From Arcobacter sp. (GTDB taxonomy: Bacteria; Campylobacterota; Campylobacteria; Campylobacterales; Arcobacteraceae), in the NCBI GenBank assembly GCA_965662175.1, contig CBFIGT010000024.1:1-25586 (forward strand): 25,586 nt of DNA. Direction: 5' to 3'. Both the position numbers and the translations under genes were made by a program. Below, in pieces: positions 1 through 10,330 of the stretch; position 1 is the first letter of the stretch, and the number at the start of each line of letters is the position of its first letter. The notes below the pieces were generated by a model. The model ran no database searches. It was not told the origin of the DNA and saw nothing but the letters and a program-made list of their open reading frames with translations.

Positions 1-166
1 TTGCTTTAATAGCTTTTTTTAATACTACATAATTTACATTTGATTTTGTTATTTCTTTAGAAGTGGAAGCACTATCTTTAGTTTCCTCTTTTGCTAGTTT
101 AAATGTTGTTAATGTTAACAGGTGAATAGATATTGATAATATAAGGGCAAAAATAATGTATTTCAT
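1..166 (-). CDS. Partial ORF (runs off window start), probable TonB-family energy transducer N-terminus
   Basis: Not in the ORF track. Manual translation from ATG at 166 gives MKYIIFALILSISIHLLTLTTFKLAKEETKDSAST..., a single N-terminal TM helix with the S-x3-H pattern (SISIH) typical of TonB/TolA anchors, then a polar linker. Confidence 0.55.
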   Translation of the reverse strand, partial: MKYIIFALILSISIHLLTLTTFKLAKEETKDSASTSKEITKSNVNYVVLKKAIKA

Positions 167-227
167 AATGTCATTATAGTATAATATTTCTTTTAAATTT
201 TAAAATAAACAATAGTTAGGATTATAT

Positions 228-1508
228 ATGTTTGAAAAATCAATAAATGCTTATGAAGATGCAAAAAAAGTAATACCAGGTGGAGTTGATTCTCCTGTTC
301 GTGCTTTTAATAGTGTTGGAGGAACTCCTCCTTTTATAGATAGAGGGGAGGGTGCTTATTTATTTGATATTGATGGAAATAAGTATTTAGATTTTGTTCA
401 AAGTTGGGGACCACTTATTTTTGGTCATTGTGACGCTGATATTGAAAAATCTGTGATTGAAACTGTTAAAAAAGGTTTATCATTTGGAGCACCAACGCTA
501 CTAGAGACACAACTTGCAAATGAAATAGTTGAAATGTATGATAATATAGATAAAGTTAGATTTGTAAGTTCAGGAACAGAAGCTGTAATGAGTGCAATTA
601 GACTTGCTCGTGGTGTTACAGGAAACGATGATATTGTAAAGCTTGAGGGTTGTTATCATGGACACTCTGATTCATTATTAGTACAAGCAGGTTCTGGAAT
701 GGCTACATTTGGAGCGCCAAGCTCTCCTGGAGTTCCAGCTGATTTGACAAAACATACATTACTTTGTGAATATAACAATATTGAAAATCTTAAAAAATGT
801 TTTGAAGATAGTAGTGATATTTCTTGTATTATAATTGAGCCAATTGCTGGAAATATGGGATTAGTTCCTGCAAGTGATGAGTTTTTGAAAACTTGTAGAG
901 AGTTATGTGATGCAAATGGTGCCTTACTTATTTATGATGAAGTTATGACAGGATTTAGAGCCTCTTTAAAAGGTGCTAGTGGAATTTTAGAAACTCAAGC
1001 TGATATTATTACTTTTGGAAAAGTAATAGGTGCAGGTATGCCTGTTGGTGCTTTTGCTTCAAGTAAAGAGATTATGGGACATTTATCTCCTGATGGTGCT
1101 GTTTATCAAGCTGGAACTTTAAGTGGAAACCCAGTTGCAATGGCAGCTGGACTTACAAGTTTAAGAAAACTAAAATCAAATCCATCTATTTATAATGAAT
1201 TAAATGAAAAAGCTTTAAGATTAGTAAATGGCTTAAAAGCTGTAGCAAACAGATATAATATTGGCTTTCAAATAAATACAAGAGGATCTATGTTTGGCTT
1301 TTTCTTTTGTGAAAATGAGCCTAAAAACTTTAAAGAGGTTGGAAAATGTGATTTTAAAAGATTTGCAACTTTTCACCATGAGATGATAAAAAGAGGTTTC
1401 TATTTTGCTTGTAGCCAATATGAAGCAGGATTTATGTGTACAGCAATTACAAATGAAGATATCGATGCATGTATAAATGCAGCTGATGATATTATGAAAA
1501 ATTTATAA
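228..1508 (+). CDS. hemL: Glutamate-1-semialdehyde 2,1-aminomutase
   Basis: [30 protein letters not shown]-lysine motif [23 protein letters not shown]. Confidence 0.98.
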   Translation: MFEKSINAYEDAKKVIPGGVDSPVRAFNSVGGTPPFIDRGEGAYLFDIDGNKYLDFVQSWGPLIFGHCDADIEKSVIETVKKGLSFGAPTLLETQLANEIVEMYDNIDKVRFVSSGTEAVMSAIRLARGVTGNDDIVKLEGCYHGHSDSLLVQAGSGMATFGAPSSPGVPADLTKHTLLCEYNNIENLKKCFEDSSDISCIIIEPIAGNMGLVPASDEFLKTCRELCDANGALLIYDEVMTGFRASLKGASGILETQADIITFGKVIGAGMPVGAFASSKEIMGHLSPDGAVYQAGTLSGNPVAMAAGLTSLRKLKSNPSIYNELNEKALRLVNGLKAVANRYNIGFQINTRGSMFGFFFCENEPKNFKEVGKCDFKRFATFHHEMIKRGFYFACSQYEAGFMCTAITNEDIDACINAADDIMKNL

Positions 1509-1519
1509 AAGGAAAATCT

Positions 1520-1837
1520 GTGGAAGTTTTAAAAAATGTTGAATTAGTAAAAGCAGCTAACATCTATTTTGATGGAAATGTTACAAGTAGAAGTTATACA
1601 GATAGTGAGGGAAACTCAAAATCTTTAGGTGTTATGTTACCAGGACAATACACTTTTGGTACAAATAGTGCTGAACATATGGAGATTATTTCTGGAAAAG
1701 TTGATGTTTTATTAAGCGGATTAGAGAGTAATTGGGAAACTTATGAAGATGGTGAGTATTTTGAAGTTCCTGCTAACTCTAGTTTTGAAATTAAAGTTGA
1801 AAAAATTACAGATTATTGCTGTACATATTTAGATTAG
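1520..1837 (+). CDS. ppnP: Pyrimidine/purine nucleoside phosphorylase (YaiE/DUF1255 cupin)
   Basis: ANIYFDGNVTSR, SLGVMLPGQYTFGT, FEVPANSSF, C-terminal DYCC; GTG start after AAGGA. Confidence 0.9.
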   Translation: MEVLKNVELVKAANIYFDGNVTSRSYTDSEGNSKSLGVMLPGQYTFGTNSAEHMEIISGKVDVLLSGLESNWETYEDGEYFEVPANSSFEIKVEKITDYCCTYLD

Positions 1838-1846
1838 TTGTAAGTT

Positions 1847-2146
1847 ATGAGTGAAAATAATAATAAACCAAAACATTTAGGAAAACTGCAAGCACTTGAT
1901 AATTTATCACTTGGTATCTCAATTGTTGCAGCCGTTGTTATAGGTTTTGGTATTGGATATGGTTTAAAAACATGGACAGGTTATAATTGGACTTTATGGT
2001 TAGGTATTTTTTGGGGAATTGCAGCTGCTGGATTAAATATCTATAAAGCTTATCAAAGAGCTCAAAAAGAGTTTGAGGGAATGGAAAATGACCCAAGATA
2101 CTCTTATAGAGCTAAACATGGTGATAAAACAGAAGATGATGATTAA
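1847..2146 (+). CDS. AtpZ/AtpI-family small membrane protein
   Basis: Two TM helices with LSLGISIVAAVVIGFGIGYGL...WLGIFWGIAAAGLN pattern; located near hemL as in other Campylobacterota. Confidence 0.8.
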   Translation: MSENNNKPKHLGKLQALDNLSLGISIVAAVVIGFGIGYGLKTWTGYNWTLWLGIFWGIAAAGLNIYKAYQRAQKEFEGMENDPRYSYRAKHGDKTEDDD

Positions 2147-2666
2147 AAAGTTTGCCAAAATCTTTTTGATAATAGATTTTGGCTTAATTATATTTTGTGT
2201 TTTATCAAATAACTATATTTGGCTTATAAATACTCAAGTTGCCTTTATCTCTTCTATGATTATTTCAATTGCTACATTTCTATCATATAAAAGAAATGTA
2301 GCTAAAAGAGTGCAAAATATTGATTATGATGCAAAACTATCTGATGATAGAGATAAAATTGATGAAATTGATGACCCTTTTGATTTATATAGTGAAAACG
2401 AGATTAATAATCAAACAGAGTTCACAAGTGAAGAGATTAAAACTATAATCAAAGATGAAAAATCAAAAATCAAACAAAATAGCCTTAAAAATACATTTTT
2501 AAGTGCACCTAGTTTTGTATCTGTATACAGAATCATTGCTTATGGTATTTTAGTTTTTGGTTTTTTCGCTTTAAATAATAATGGATTATTTCAAACAATT
2601 CCATACTTAGTAGGACTTTTTGTAGTCCCACTTTCTATGCTAAGTATGAAATTTATTTTAAGATAA
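2136..2666 (+). CDS. Hypothetical integral membrane protein (about 4 TM helices, acidic central loop)
   Basis: ORF track 2073..2666. ATG at 2136/2139, overlapping the upstream stop, is the more plausible start. Two hydrophobic pairs flank DEIDDPFDLY. Confidence 0.7.
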   Translation: MMIKKFAKIFLIIDFGLIIFCVLSNNYIWLINTQVAFISSMIISIATFLSYKRNVAKRVQNIDYDAKLSDDRDKIDEIDDPFDLYSENEINNQTEFTSEEIKTIIKDEKSKIKQNSLKNTFLSAPSFVSVYRIIAYGILVFGFFALNNNGLFQTIPYLVGLFVVPLSMLSMKFILR

Positions 2667-3348
2667 GTGGTAAGTCTATTATCGCTTTATCTTTTTGAAG
2701 TGTTAAAATCATAGAACATTTGTTTTTATCATGTCTTATTATTTCACTATTATAGTGTACAAAATCATCCCCACCATAAATCTCAATAGTAACTAAAGAG
2801 TACTTCTTATCCTCAATTTTAATATATTCACCTGTTTTTAATTTTACTGATGTATTTATAATACTTGTTTTATTAAAGGCATCATATATATTGTTTAAAA
2901 GTTTTAAAAAGTCTGAGGCAACCATCATAAAGTCAGGAATAGATGGGTCATAATTTTTTATAAATTTAATTTCTGATTTTGTTTTTCTAGTTGAAATTGT
3001 CAAATCAACTAGAGTAAAAATATTAGTTTTTGTTATATTTTTTAAAGAGTATTTTTTTTCTTGTTTAACAGATGTACTTTTATAAAGTTTTAAATGTATT
3101 TCATCATCATTTTCATATGTAACAGAAACAGCATAAAAAAGATAGTTATGCATAGATAGATTTATATAACTTGTTTCAAAACCATAGTTTGCAGGAGCAT
3201 ATTTTAAAGCTAAATTATATAGTTCATTTTTTCCTACTCTATTTAGTAAAAATTGTGCTTCGTTGTTTGTGTATAGGATTTTCCCTTGAGAAGAGAAAGA
3301 TAAAATAGGATTTAAATCTTGCTCTACCCAATTTTCATAGATATTCAT
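2653..3348 (-). CDS. Hypothetical protein: PAS-like N-terminus plus degenerate HATPase-like C-terminus
   Basis: PILSFSSQGKILYTNNEAQFLL is PAS-like; NYDPSIPDF resembles the NtrB-type DYDPSLP segment. Starts 6 nt after the rpoD stop. Confidence 0.55.
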   Translation of the reverse strand: MNIYENWVEQDLNPILSFSSQGKILYTNNEAQFLLNRVGKNELYNLALKYAPANYGFETSYINLSMHNYLFYAVSVTYENDDEIHLKLYKSTSVKQEKKYSLKNITKTNIFTLVDLTISTRKTKSEIKFIKNYDPSIPDFMMVASDFLKLLNNIYDAFNKTSIINTSVKLKTGEYIKIEDKKYSLVTIEIYGGDDFVHYNSEIIRHDKNKCSMILTLQKDKAIIDLPLILK

Positions 3349-3354
3349 TTATAA

Positions 3355-5238
3355 TTAACTCTCTACGTAGTTCTTTAAGTTTTTACCAACTTTTGGATGT
3401 TTAAGTTTTTTAATAGCACTTGATTCGATTTGTCTAACTCTCTCTCTTGTAACAGAAAGCTCTTTTCCAATCTCTTCTAGTGTTCTATCACTTGCATCAT
3501 CCATAAGACCAAATCTCATTCTAACAACAGCTTGTTCTCTCTCATTTAGTTGAGCTAGTATTTGATCAATTTGATTTTGTAAATCCTCTTTCATAATATT
3601 ATCAACAGGAGTTGGAGCTTTTTCATCAGGAACAAAGTCACCAAATTTACCATCTTCATCAGAACCAATTGGAGCTTCAAGAGATACAGGCTCTTTTGTG
3701 ATTTTAATTACTTGTTTTACTTTATCAACAGGTAGTCCAACTTCTTTTGCGATTTCATCCACATTTGGCTCTTTCCCATTTTCTTGAATACCTTTTCTAA
3801 TGATTTTATTAATTCTATTAATAGTTTCAATCATATGAATTGGAATTCTAATAGTTCTAGCTTGGTCAGCAATTGCTCTTGAAATTGCTTGTCTAATCCA
3901 CCATGTTGCATAAGTAGAGAATTTATAACCTTTTTTATACTCAAACTTATCAACAGCTTTCATTAAACCAATATTTCCCTCTTGGATTAAATCTAAGAAA
4001 GGTAAACCTCTATTTGTATATCTTTTTGCAATAGACACAACAAGTCTAAGGTTTGATTTTGCCATTCTTGTTTTAGCTTGATCAGTGATTTGTTTACCAC
4101 GTTTAATCTGCTCTAAAACATCTTTTAACTCTTCAGGTTCTAAATCAAATCCACCTTTTGAAGCCTCTTTTGTTTGGAAAAGCTTTTTGATTTCCATATA
4201 AGTAGAAACCATAGTAGCTTCAGGCACCATAGCTGTAATTTGGATTTTAGAAAGATTAATAATATTCTCTAAAAGTTTTTCGTGGTTTTTCTTTAGTGTA
4301 TCATTAAAAAGAGGTAATCTATACTCTAATCTTTTTAATTCACTATCAAAACCTGTATCTGATTTAAGTGCTGTTTCCATAGCTTTTACAATCTCTGTAA
4401 TAAGTTTAGAAGTTGGTCCTAAATCAATTAAAGCTTGTTTTAAAAGTTTTTTCTTAAAAGCAGCTGCTAAATTAAAAGTCATAACATCAAGTTCTGAATC
4501 AGATTTTGCTGTCTCTTTTGATTGGAATTTTAACCAATCTTTTTTTGCTTTTTCTAAGATTTTAAAAGCTTCAATTATAGTTTCAGCTCTTTTATCAAGT
4601 TTTTTCTGTTTTTTTCCACCAACGCTATCATCTGAATCACTGCTAGAATCATCATCTGAATCATCTTCTGTTTCAGTGTCATCATCTGAATCATTATCAA
4701 CAGAATCACTATCTTCATCATCAAAGTTTCTAAAAAGCTCTTTAACTTTTCTTTCTCTATTAACTAAAGGCTCTTTATACTCTAAGATAAAATCAATTAA
4801 ATATGGAACAAAACAGATAGCATCAAGGATAATATCCTCACCCATCTCTATTCTTTTAGAAATCTCTATCTCTTCTTCTTTTGTAAGAAGTGGAATTTGT
4901 CCCATTTCTCTTAAGTACATTCTAACAGGTGAATCAGAACGTGACCACTCTAATAACTCTTTGTTTTTTAATAAATCGTAAACATTCTCTTCACCATCTA
5001 TTAATTTATTTCGTAGATCTTCTCTTTTTTTTGCCTCAGCGGCATTCATAACTTTTGCTTGTTCTTGAGAAGTCATCAGTTGTACATTGTACAGTTGCAT
5101 TAAAGCAATTAGCTTTTTTACATTTGGAGTAGAAGGTGCTTTTGGAAAAATTTTAATAATTTTTTCAAACGTTAGCGTAGAGTCTTTGTACTCTTTAGCT
5201 ATCTTCTCTATAGTTTTATTTAAATCTTTTGCACTCAT
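3355..5238 (-). CDS. rpoD: RNA polymerase primary sigma factor
   Basis: DSPVRMYLREMG, NLRLVVSIAKRY, DLIQEGNIGLMKAVDKF, KFSTYATWWIRQAI, TLEEIG...TRERVRQIE. ATG at 5238 (MSAKDL) has an AAGGA SD and is preferred over the track start at 5286. Confidence 0.98.
   Translation of the reverse strand: MSAKDLNKTIEKIAKEYKDSTLTFEKIIKIFPKAPSTPNVKKLIALMQLYNVQLMTSQEQAKVMNAAEAKKREDLRNKLIDGEENVYDLLKNKELLEWSRSDSPVRMYLREMGQIPLLTKEEEIEISKRIEMGEDIILDAICFVPYLIDFILEYKEPLVNRERKVKELFRNFDDEDSDSVDNDSDDDTETEDDSDDDSSSDSDDSVGGKKQKKLDKRAETIIEAFKILEKAKKDWLKFQSKETAKSDSELDVMTFNLAAAFKKKLLKQALIDLGPTSKLITEIVKAMETALKSDTGFDSELKRLEYRLPLFNDTLKKNHEKLLENIINLSKIQITAMVPEATMVSTYMEIKKLFQTKEASKGGFDLEPEELKDVLEQIKRGKQITDQAKTRMAKSNLRLVVSIAKRYTNRGLPFLDLIQEGNIGLMKAVDKFEYKKGYKFSTYATWWIRQAISRAIADQARTIRIPIHMIETINRINKIIRKGIQENGKEPNVDEIAKEVGLPVDKVKQVIKITKEPVSLEAPIGSDEDGKFGDFVPDEKAPTPVDNIMKEDLQNQIDQILAQLNEREQAVVRMRFGLMDDASDRTLEEIGKELSVTRERVRQIESSAIKKLKHPKVGKNLKNYVES
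4627..4693. repeat. Three copies of ATCATCTGAATCA within the acidic non-conserved region of rpoD
   Basis: 13-mer at 4627, 4651 and 4681, encoding the Asp/Ser-rich DSDD linker. Confidence 0.7.
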
Positions 5239-5440
5239 ATTTTTTGAAAGTCCTTGCTTGAAAGATAAGTCAGATATTATACCCAAATTAGTTAATATAA
5301 TGATTAATTTTTGACGTTTAATCTATTATTTCTAAAATTTTAGATAAAATTCGACTTTGTTTAAAATATTAACAGTTAACAAAATAGTAAATTCTAATAG
5401 TTTTTTATAGTTTATTTTTTTGTTTTAAAGGATTAAAAAT

Positions 5441-5941
5441 ATGAGTAAAATTACTGGAAAAGTATGGAATTTTGGGGCTAATATAGATACAGATGTTATA
5501 ATTGCAGCACGTTATTTAAATAGTTCAGACCCTGAACATTTAGCTAAATATGTTATGGAAGATGCAGATCCTGAATTTCCAAAAAAGTTACAAAGAGGTG
5601 ACATCATTGTTGCTGGAGAGAATTTTGGATGTGGTAGTTCTAGAGAACATGCACCAATTGCACTAAAAGCTGCCGGAGTTGCTGCTGTTGTTGCACCATC
5701 TTTTGCTAGAATTTTTTATAGAAACGCATTTAATATGGGATTACCAATTTTTGAATTACCTGAATCTTTAGAGATTAAAGAGGGTGAAGAAATCTCTATT
5801 GATTTAGATAATGGTGAAATCACAAATAATACAACAAATACAACTTATAAGTTTGTTCCAATTCCTCCTTTTATGCAAGAGTTAATTGCAACAGGTGGAT
5901 TAATAAACTATGCAAAAGCTGAAATGGCTAAGGGAAAATAA
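5441..5941 (+). CDS. leuD: 3-isopropylmalate dehydratase small subunit (short type)
   Basis: [36 protein letters not shown]; coupled to leuB by TAATG overlap. Confidence 0.95.
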   Translation: MSKITGKVWNFGANIDTDVIIAARYLNSSDPEHLAKYVMEDADPEFPKKLQRGDIIVAGENFGCGSSREHAPIALKAAGVAAVVAPSFARIFYRNAFNMGLPIFELPESLEIKEGEEISIDLDNGEITNNTTNTTYKFVPIPPFMQELIATGGLINYAKAEMAKGK

Positions 5942-7008
5942 TGAAAACATATAATATATCAGTAATCAAAGGTGATGGAATTGGTCCTGAGATAGTAGAT
6001 GAAGCAATAAAAGTATTAGATGCTGTATCTTATAACTGTGGATTTAACTTAGAGTATAAAGAGTACTTAATGGGTGGAATTGCTATTGATGTTACAGGTA
6101 AACCACTTCCTGAAGAGACAGTAACAGGAGTTTTAAACTCAGATGCATGTTTGTTTGGAGCAATTGGTGGAGAAAAATGGGATACATTACCAAGAGAGCT
6201 TAGACCTGAAACTGGACTTTTAAACTTTAGAGAAGCTATGGGTGTTTATGCAAACTTAAGACCTGCAATTATTTATGATGAACTTGTAAATGCATCAACA
6301 CTTAAACCTGAAGTTATTGAGGGTGTTGATATTATGGTTGTAAGAGAGTTAATTGGTGGAATTTATTTTGGGAAACCAAGAGCAAATGATGGATTTAAAG
6401 CTTATAACACAATGGTATATACAAAACCTGAAATTGAAAGAATTGGTAAAACAGCATTTGAATTAGCTATGAAAAGAGATAAAAGAGTTTGTTCAGTTGA
6501 TAAAGCAAATGTTTTAGAAGTATCTCAATTATGGAGAGATACTATGGAAGAGATTTCAAAAGATTATCCAGAAGTTCAACTTTCTCATATGTATGTAGAT
6601 AATGCAGCAATGCAACTTGTTAGAAATCCAAAACAGTTTGATGTAATAGTTACTGGAAATATTTTTGGAGATATTTTATCTGATACTGCTTCAATGGTTG
6701 TGGGTTCTATTGGATTATTACCAAGTGCCTCAACAGGAGATAAAACAGCAATTTATGAGCCAATTCATGGTTCAGCTCCTGATATTGCAGGTCAAGGAAT
6801 AGCAAATCCAATAGCAACAATAGAGAGTGCTGCTATGATGCTTAGATACTCACTAGGTGAAGATAAAGCTGCTGATATGATTGAAAATGCAATTAAAAAA
6901 GCACTTAAAGATGGTTATAGAACAAAAGACTTAGCTTCATTTGATGCTAAGGAGGTTGTTACAACTGCTGAAATGGGTGATATAATCGCTAATAACTTAT
7001 CAAAATAG
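5941..7008 (+). CDS. leuB: 3-isopropylmalate dehydrogenase
   Basis: [47 protein letters not shown]. Confidence 0.97.
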   Translation: MKTYNISVIKGDGIGPEIVDEAIKVLDAVSYNCGFNLEYKEYLMGGIAIDVTGKPLPEETVTGVLNSDACLFGAIGGEKWDTLPRELRPETGLLNFREAMGVYANLRPAIIYDELVNASTLKPEVIEGVDIMVVRELIGGIYFGKPRANDGFKAYNTMVYTKPEIERIGKTAFELAMKRDKRVCSVDKANVLEVSQLWRDTMEEISKDYPEVQLSHMYVDNAAMQLVRNPKQFDVIVTGNIFGDILSDTASMVVGSIGLLPSASTGDKTAIYEPIHGSAPDIAGQGIANPIATIESAAMMLRYSLGEDKAADMIENAIKKALKDGYRTKDLASFDAKEVVTTAEMGDIIANNLSK

Positions 7009-7034
7009 TGAAAATAGCTTAGGCTATTTTTACT
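7007..7034 (+). terminator. Probable intrinsic terminator after leuB
   Basis: AGTGAAAATAGC-TTAG-GCTATTTTTACT hairpin followed by T-rich sequence. Confidence 0.65.
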
Positions 7035-7138
7035 ACTTTTCTTCTAGAATTCTATTTTAAATTAAATAATTACAAATAAATTATTTTCTCTTTATTAATT
7101 TAATGTTAATATGTTCCATTAAATTTTTTGAGGAAAAT

Positions 7139-8068
7139 ATGGAAAATAAAAAATATAGATTAATTACAAGAAGTGATATGGATGGTTTAGTTTGTGGAAC
7201 TTTACTCTCCTATCTTGACTTAATCGATGATATTCTATTTGTACATCCAAAAGATATGCAAGATGGTTTAATTGAGGTTAATAAAAAGGATATCACTACA
7301 AACCTTCCTTATGTAGATGGAGTATATCTAGCCTTTGACCATCATTTTAGTGAAACCTTACGAAATGAAAAAAAAGAGAATCATATAATAGATGCCCAAG
7401 CCCCAAGTGCAGCTCAAGTTGTATATGATTATTATGGTGGTGATAATAAATTTCCTATGAGATTTAAATATATGATGGATGGAGCAAATAAAGCTGATAG
7501 TGCTAATTTTTCTCAAGATGATATTTTAAATCCACGTGCTTGGGACTTATTGAGTTTTATTATGGATTCAAGAACAGGCCTTGGACGATTTAAAGATTTT
7601 GATGTTTCAAATAAACAGTTAATGAAAAACTTGATTCAATACTGTGCTCAGTTTAATATAGATGAAATTTTAGAAATAAATGAAGTTAAACAGAGGGTTG
7701 ATTTATATTTTAAGTATGAAAAAGAGTTTAATGAGCAGTTAAAGCGTTGTACTAAAATATATAATAATGTAGCTGTAATAGATTATAAAGATGAATCAAT
7801 TATTTATCCTGGAAATAGATTTTTAGTTTATGCAATGTTTCCAAAGATTAGTGTATCTATTCATATAAGTTATACATATGATAGGGATAAAGTAGTATAT
7901 TCAACAGGAAAATCAATTATTAATAAGACATCAAAAACTAATATTGGTGAACTAATGCTTAAATATGGTGGTGGTGGCCATAAGGCAGCAGGTGGTTGCC
8001 AAATAGTTTTATCTGAGGCAAGTAGAGTTTTAGATGAGATTATAAAAAAACTAAATCAAGATGATTGA
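7139..8068 (+). CDS. DHH/DHHA1-family phosphoesterase (nanoRNase/exopolyphosphatase-like)
   Basis: SDMDGLVC, FDHH and GGGHKAAGG motifs. ATG at 7139 follows GAGGA and is preferred over 7103. Confidence 0.85.
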   Translation: MENKKYRLITRSDMDGLVCGTLLSYLDLIDDILFVHPKDMQDGLIEVNKKDITTNLPYVDGVYLAFDHHFSETLRNEKKENHIIDAQAPSAAQVVYDYYGGDNKFPMRFKYMMDGANKADSANFSQDDILNPRAWDLLSFIMDSRTGLGRFKDFDVSNKQLMKNLIQYCAQFNIDEILEINEVKQRVDLYFKYEKEFNEQLKRCTKIYNNVAVIDYKDESIIYPGNRFLVYAMFPKISVSIHISYTYDRDKVVYSTGKSIINKTSKTNIGELMLKYGGGGHKAAGGCQIVLSEASRVLDEIIKKLNQDD

Positions 8069-8430
8069 TTTAGTTTTTCAGTTATTAGTTTAAAGAAATT
8101 TTCAAATGAAGGTAAATCTAATTTACTTTCCCTTTGTTTTTTACCCCACATTGGTTCAGGAAAATATGAATCCTCTTTAAATCTAGCCATAATATGAAAA
8201 TGTACATGGGGAACATAGTTTCCAAAAGATGCTATATTTATCTTTTCAGGTTTAAAATAACTTAACATCTCTTTTTCAATAATGTCTAAACTATTCCAAA
8301 TATTCTCTTTAGTTTTTAAATCACACTCACTAAACTCTTTTAGTGGCTTTTGGGTAAAAATCTTTAACCAAGGAATTTCACTCTTTTCAATTTCAACTTT
8401 TATTAAATCATTTTCATATATAATACTCAA
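8056..8430 (-). CDS. HIT-family hydrolase
   Basis: KINIASFGNYVPHVHFHI histidine triad; TTG start after AAGGA. Confidence 0.9.
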   Translation of the reverse strand: MSIIYENDLIKVEIEKSEIPWLKIFTQKPLKEFSECDLKTKENIWNSLDIIEKEMLSYFKPEKINIASFGNYVPHVHFHIMARFKEDSYFPEPMWGKKQRESKLDLPSFENFFKLITEKLNQSS

Positions 8431-8515
8431 CTTATATCCTTTTTATTAAAATCTAATTCTACAATTTATTTCATTAAAAATTATTATCTACAAAGAGTAT
8501 ACTCTTTCAACATAC

Positions 8516-8538
8516 TTTAAGCTAAAATTAAATATAAT
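8516..8538 (+). promoter_or_regulatory. Putative sigma70 promoter of the rpmJ-rplQ operon
   Basis: TATAAT at 8533-8538 with an upstream TTTAAG at 8516-8521, a Campylobacterota-style AT-periodic promoter. Confidence 0.6.
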
Positions 8539-8542
8539 CACA

Positions 8543-8770
8543 ATCCATTTTTCAACCATTAAAGAAGTTTTTATAAAATATTTGTGTTTTATAAAGAGTT
8601 GGGCAGAACAAGAAAAAAGCAAATAAATCTTACTCAAAGTGTCGTAGGGTGGTTTTGACTTGGCTCCGCCGATTTTTTATTGCAAAGCAATAATAAAAAT
8701 CGGGGCGAACTACAAAAAAGCAAAGCAGTTTGCTTTTTTCAAATGTAGTTCTTCCCTGTTGAAAGTGGAT
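8543..8770 (+). ncRNA. Structured 5' leader upstream of rpmJ (candidate cis-regulatory RNA)
   Basis: Closing helix 8543-8556 with 8758-8770; internal hairpins at 8570-8595, 8667-8707 and 8707-8751. Confidence 0.6.
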
Positions 8771-8793
8771 AAAAAACACAAAGGAAAGCAACT

Positions 8794-8907
8794 ATGAAAG
8801 TTAGAGCTTCAGTAAAAAAGATGTGTGACAAATGTAAAATTGTCAAAAGAAGAGGAATCGTAAGAGTAATTTGCGAAACTAAAAAACACAAACAAAGACA
8901 AGGATAA
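8794..8907 (+). CDS. rpmJ: 50S ribosomal protein L36 (zinc-ribbon type)
   Basis: Not in the ORF track. Manual translation [44 protein letters not shown] at 8781-8785. Confidence 0.98.
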   Translation: MKVRASVKKMCDKCKIVKRRGIVRVICETKKHKQRQG

Positions 8908-8909
8908 TC

Positions 8910-9272
8910 ATGGCTAGAATTGCAGGTGTTGATTTACCAAACAAAAAAAGAATGGAATACGCTTTAACGTATATCTTTGGAATTGGGTTATATAACTCAA
9001 GATTAATTCTTGATGCAACAGGTATCTCATATGACAAAAGAGCTCATGAATTAACAGAAGATGAAGCAGCAACAATTAGACAAGAGTTACAAAAAAACTA
9101 TGTTGTTGAGGGTGATTTAAGAAAAAAAGTTGCTATGGATATTAAAGCGCTTATGGATTTAGGTTCATATAGAGGATTAAGACATAGAAAAGGTTTACCA
9201 TGTAGAGGGCAAAAGACTAAGACTAATGCTCGAACTAGAAAAGGTAAAAAAAGAACTGTTGGTGCAGCGTAA
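8910..9272 (+). CDS. rpsM: 30S ribosomal protein S13
   Basis: [36 protein letters not shown]. Confidence 0.99.
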   Translation: MARIAGVDLPNKKRMEYALTYIFGIGLYNSRLILDATGISYDKRAHELTEDEAATIRQELQKNYVVEGDLRKKVAMDIKALMDLGSYRGLRHRKGLPCRGQKTKTNARTRKGKKRTVGAA

Positions 9273-9281
9273 GGATAAACA

Positions 9282-9674
9282 ATGGCAAAAAGAAAAGTAA
9301 CTAGAAAAAAAATAGTAAAAAAGAATATTGCTGATGGTATCGTACATATTGCGGCATCATTTAACAACACTATGGTAACAGTAACTGATAAAGCTGGAAA
9401 TGCTATTGCTTGGAGTTCTGCTGGAAACTTAGGTTTCAAAGGTAGTAAAAAATCTACTCCATTTGCTGCTCAAGCTGCAGTTGAAGATGCAATGCAAAAA
9501 GCTGTTGAACACGGAATTAAAAACGTTGGTATCAAAATTCAAGGACCAGGTTCAGGTAGAGATACAGCTGTAAAAGCTGTTGGAGCTATGGACGGTATCA
9601 GAGTTACTTGGTTAAAGGACGTTACACCATTACCTCATAATGGTTGTAGAGCTCCTAAGAGAAGAAGAGTGTAA
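9282..9674 (+). CDS. rpsK: 30S ribosomal protein S11
   Basis: [37 protein letters not shown]. Confidence 0.99.
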   Translation: MAKRKVTRKKIVKKNIADGIVHIAASFNNTMVTVTDKAGNAIAWSSAGNLGFKGSKKSTPFAAQAAVEDAMQKAVEHGIKNVGIKIQGPGSGRDTAVKAVGAMDGIRVTWLKDVTPLPHNGCRAPKRRRV

Positions 9675-9684
9675 GGAGTAGTAC

Positions 9685-10311
9685 ATGGCAAGATATAGAG
9701 GACCAGTAGAAAAAATCGAGAGAAGACTTGATGCAGACCTTGGATTAAAAGGTGAAAGAAGACTTAACGGAAAATCTGCGTTAGAAAAAAGACCATTCGC
9801 TCCTGGACAACATGGACAAAGAAGAGCTAAGCTTTCTGAGTACGGTTTACAATTAAGAGAGAAACAAAAAGCTAAATTTATGTATGGTGTTTCTGAAAAA
9901 CAATTCAGAAAATACTTCAAAGAAGCTGTAAGAAGAGAAGGTAATACAGGGGAAAACCTTATTACATTAATCGAGCAAAGATTAGATAACGTTGTATTTA
10001 GAATGGGATTTGCTACAACTAGAGCAAATGCAAGACAATTTACAACTCACGGTCACATCTTAGTAGATGGTCAAAAAGTTGATATTCCTTCATACGTAGT
10101 TAAACCAGGTCAAAAGATTGAGGTTAAAGAGAAATCTAAAACTAATCCTCAAATTCTTAGAGCTTTAGAGTTAACTAACCAAACAGGTATTGTTGAGTGG
10201 GTTGACGTTGATAAAGATAAAGCATTTGGTATTTTTACTAGAATTCCTACAAGAGAAGAAGTAGTTATTCCTGTTGAAGAAAGATTAATAGTTGAGTTAT
10301 ATTCTAAATAA
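9685..10311 (+). CDS. rpsD: 30S ribosomal protein S4
   Basis: [43 protein letters not shown]. Confidence 0.99.
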   Translation: MARYRGPVEKIERRLDADLGLKGERRLNGKSALEKRPFAPGQHGQRRAKLSEYGLQLREKQKAKFMYGVSEKQFRKYFKEAVRREGNTGENLITLIEQRLDNVVFRMGFATTRANARQFTTHGHILVDGQKVDIPSYVVKPGQKIEVKEKSKTNPQILRALELTNQTGIVEWVDVDKDKAFGIFTRIPTREEVVIPVEERLIVELYSK

Positions 10312-10330
10312 TAAAAAAAGGTAGCAGCGT

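Noticed and set aside
1847..2146. AtpZ/AtpI-like gene far from an atp operon
   Set aside because: Dispersed ATP synthase genes and linkage to hemL are ordinary in Campylobacterota.
4627..4693. Spaced 13-bp repeats as a possible CRISPR-like array
   Set aside because: They are inside rpoD, spaced by codon multiples (24 and 30 bp), and encode the acidic linker.
5441..7008. leuD-leuB without leuC
   Set aside because: Split amino-acid operons are common; leuC is probably elsewhere and this cannot be judged from the window.
8543..8770. tRNA, SRP RNA or a known riboswitch in the rpmJ leader
   Set aside because: No cloverleaf or T-loop, no SRP domain IV motif, and no riboswitch consensus that I could recognise.
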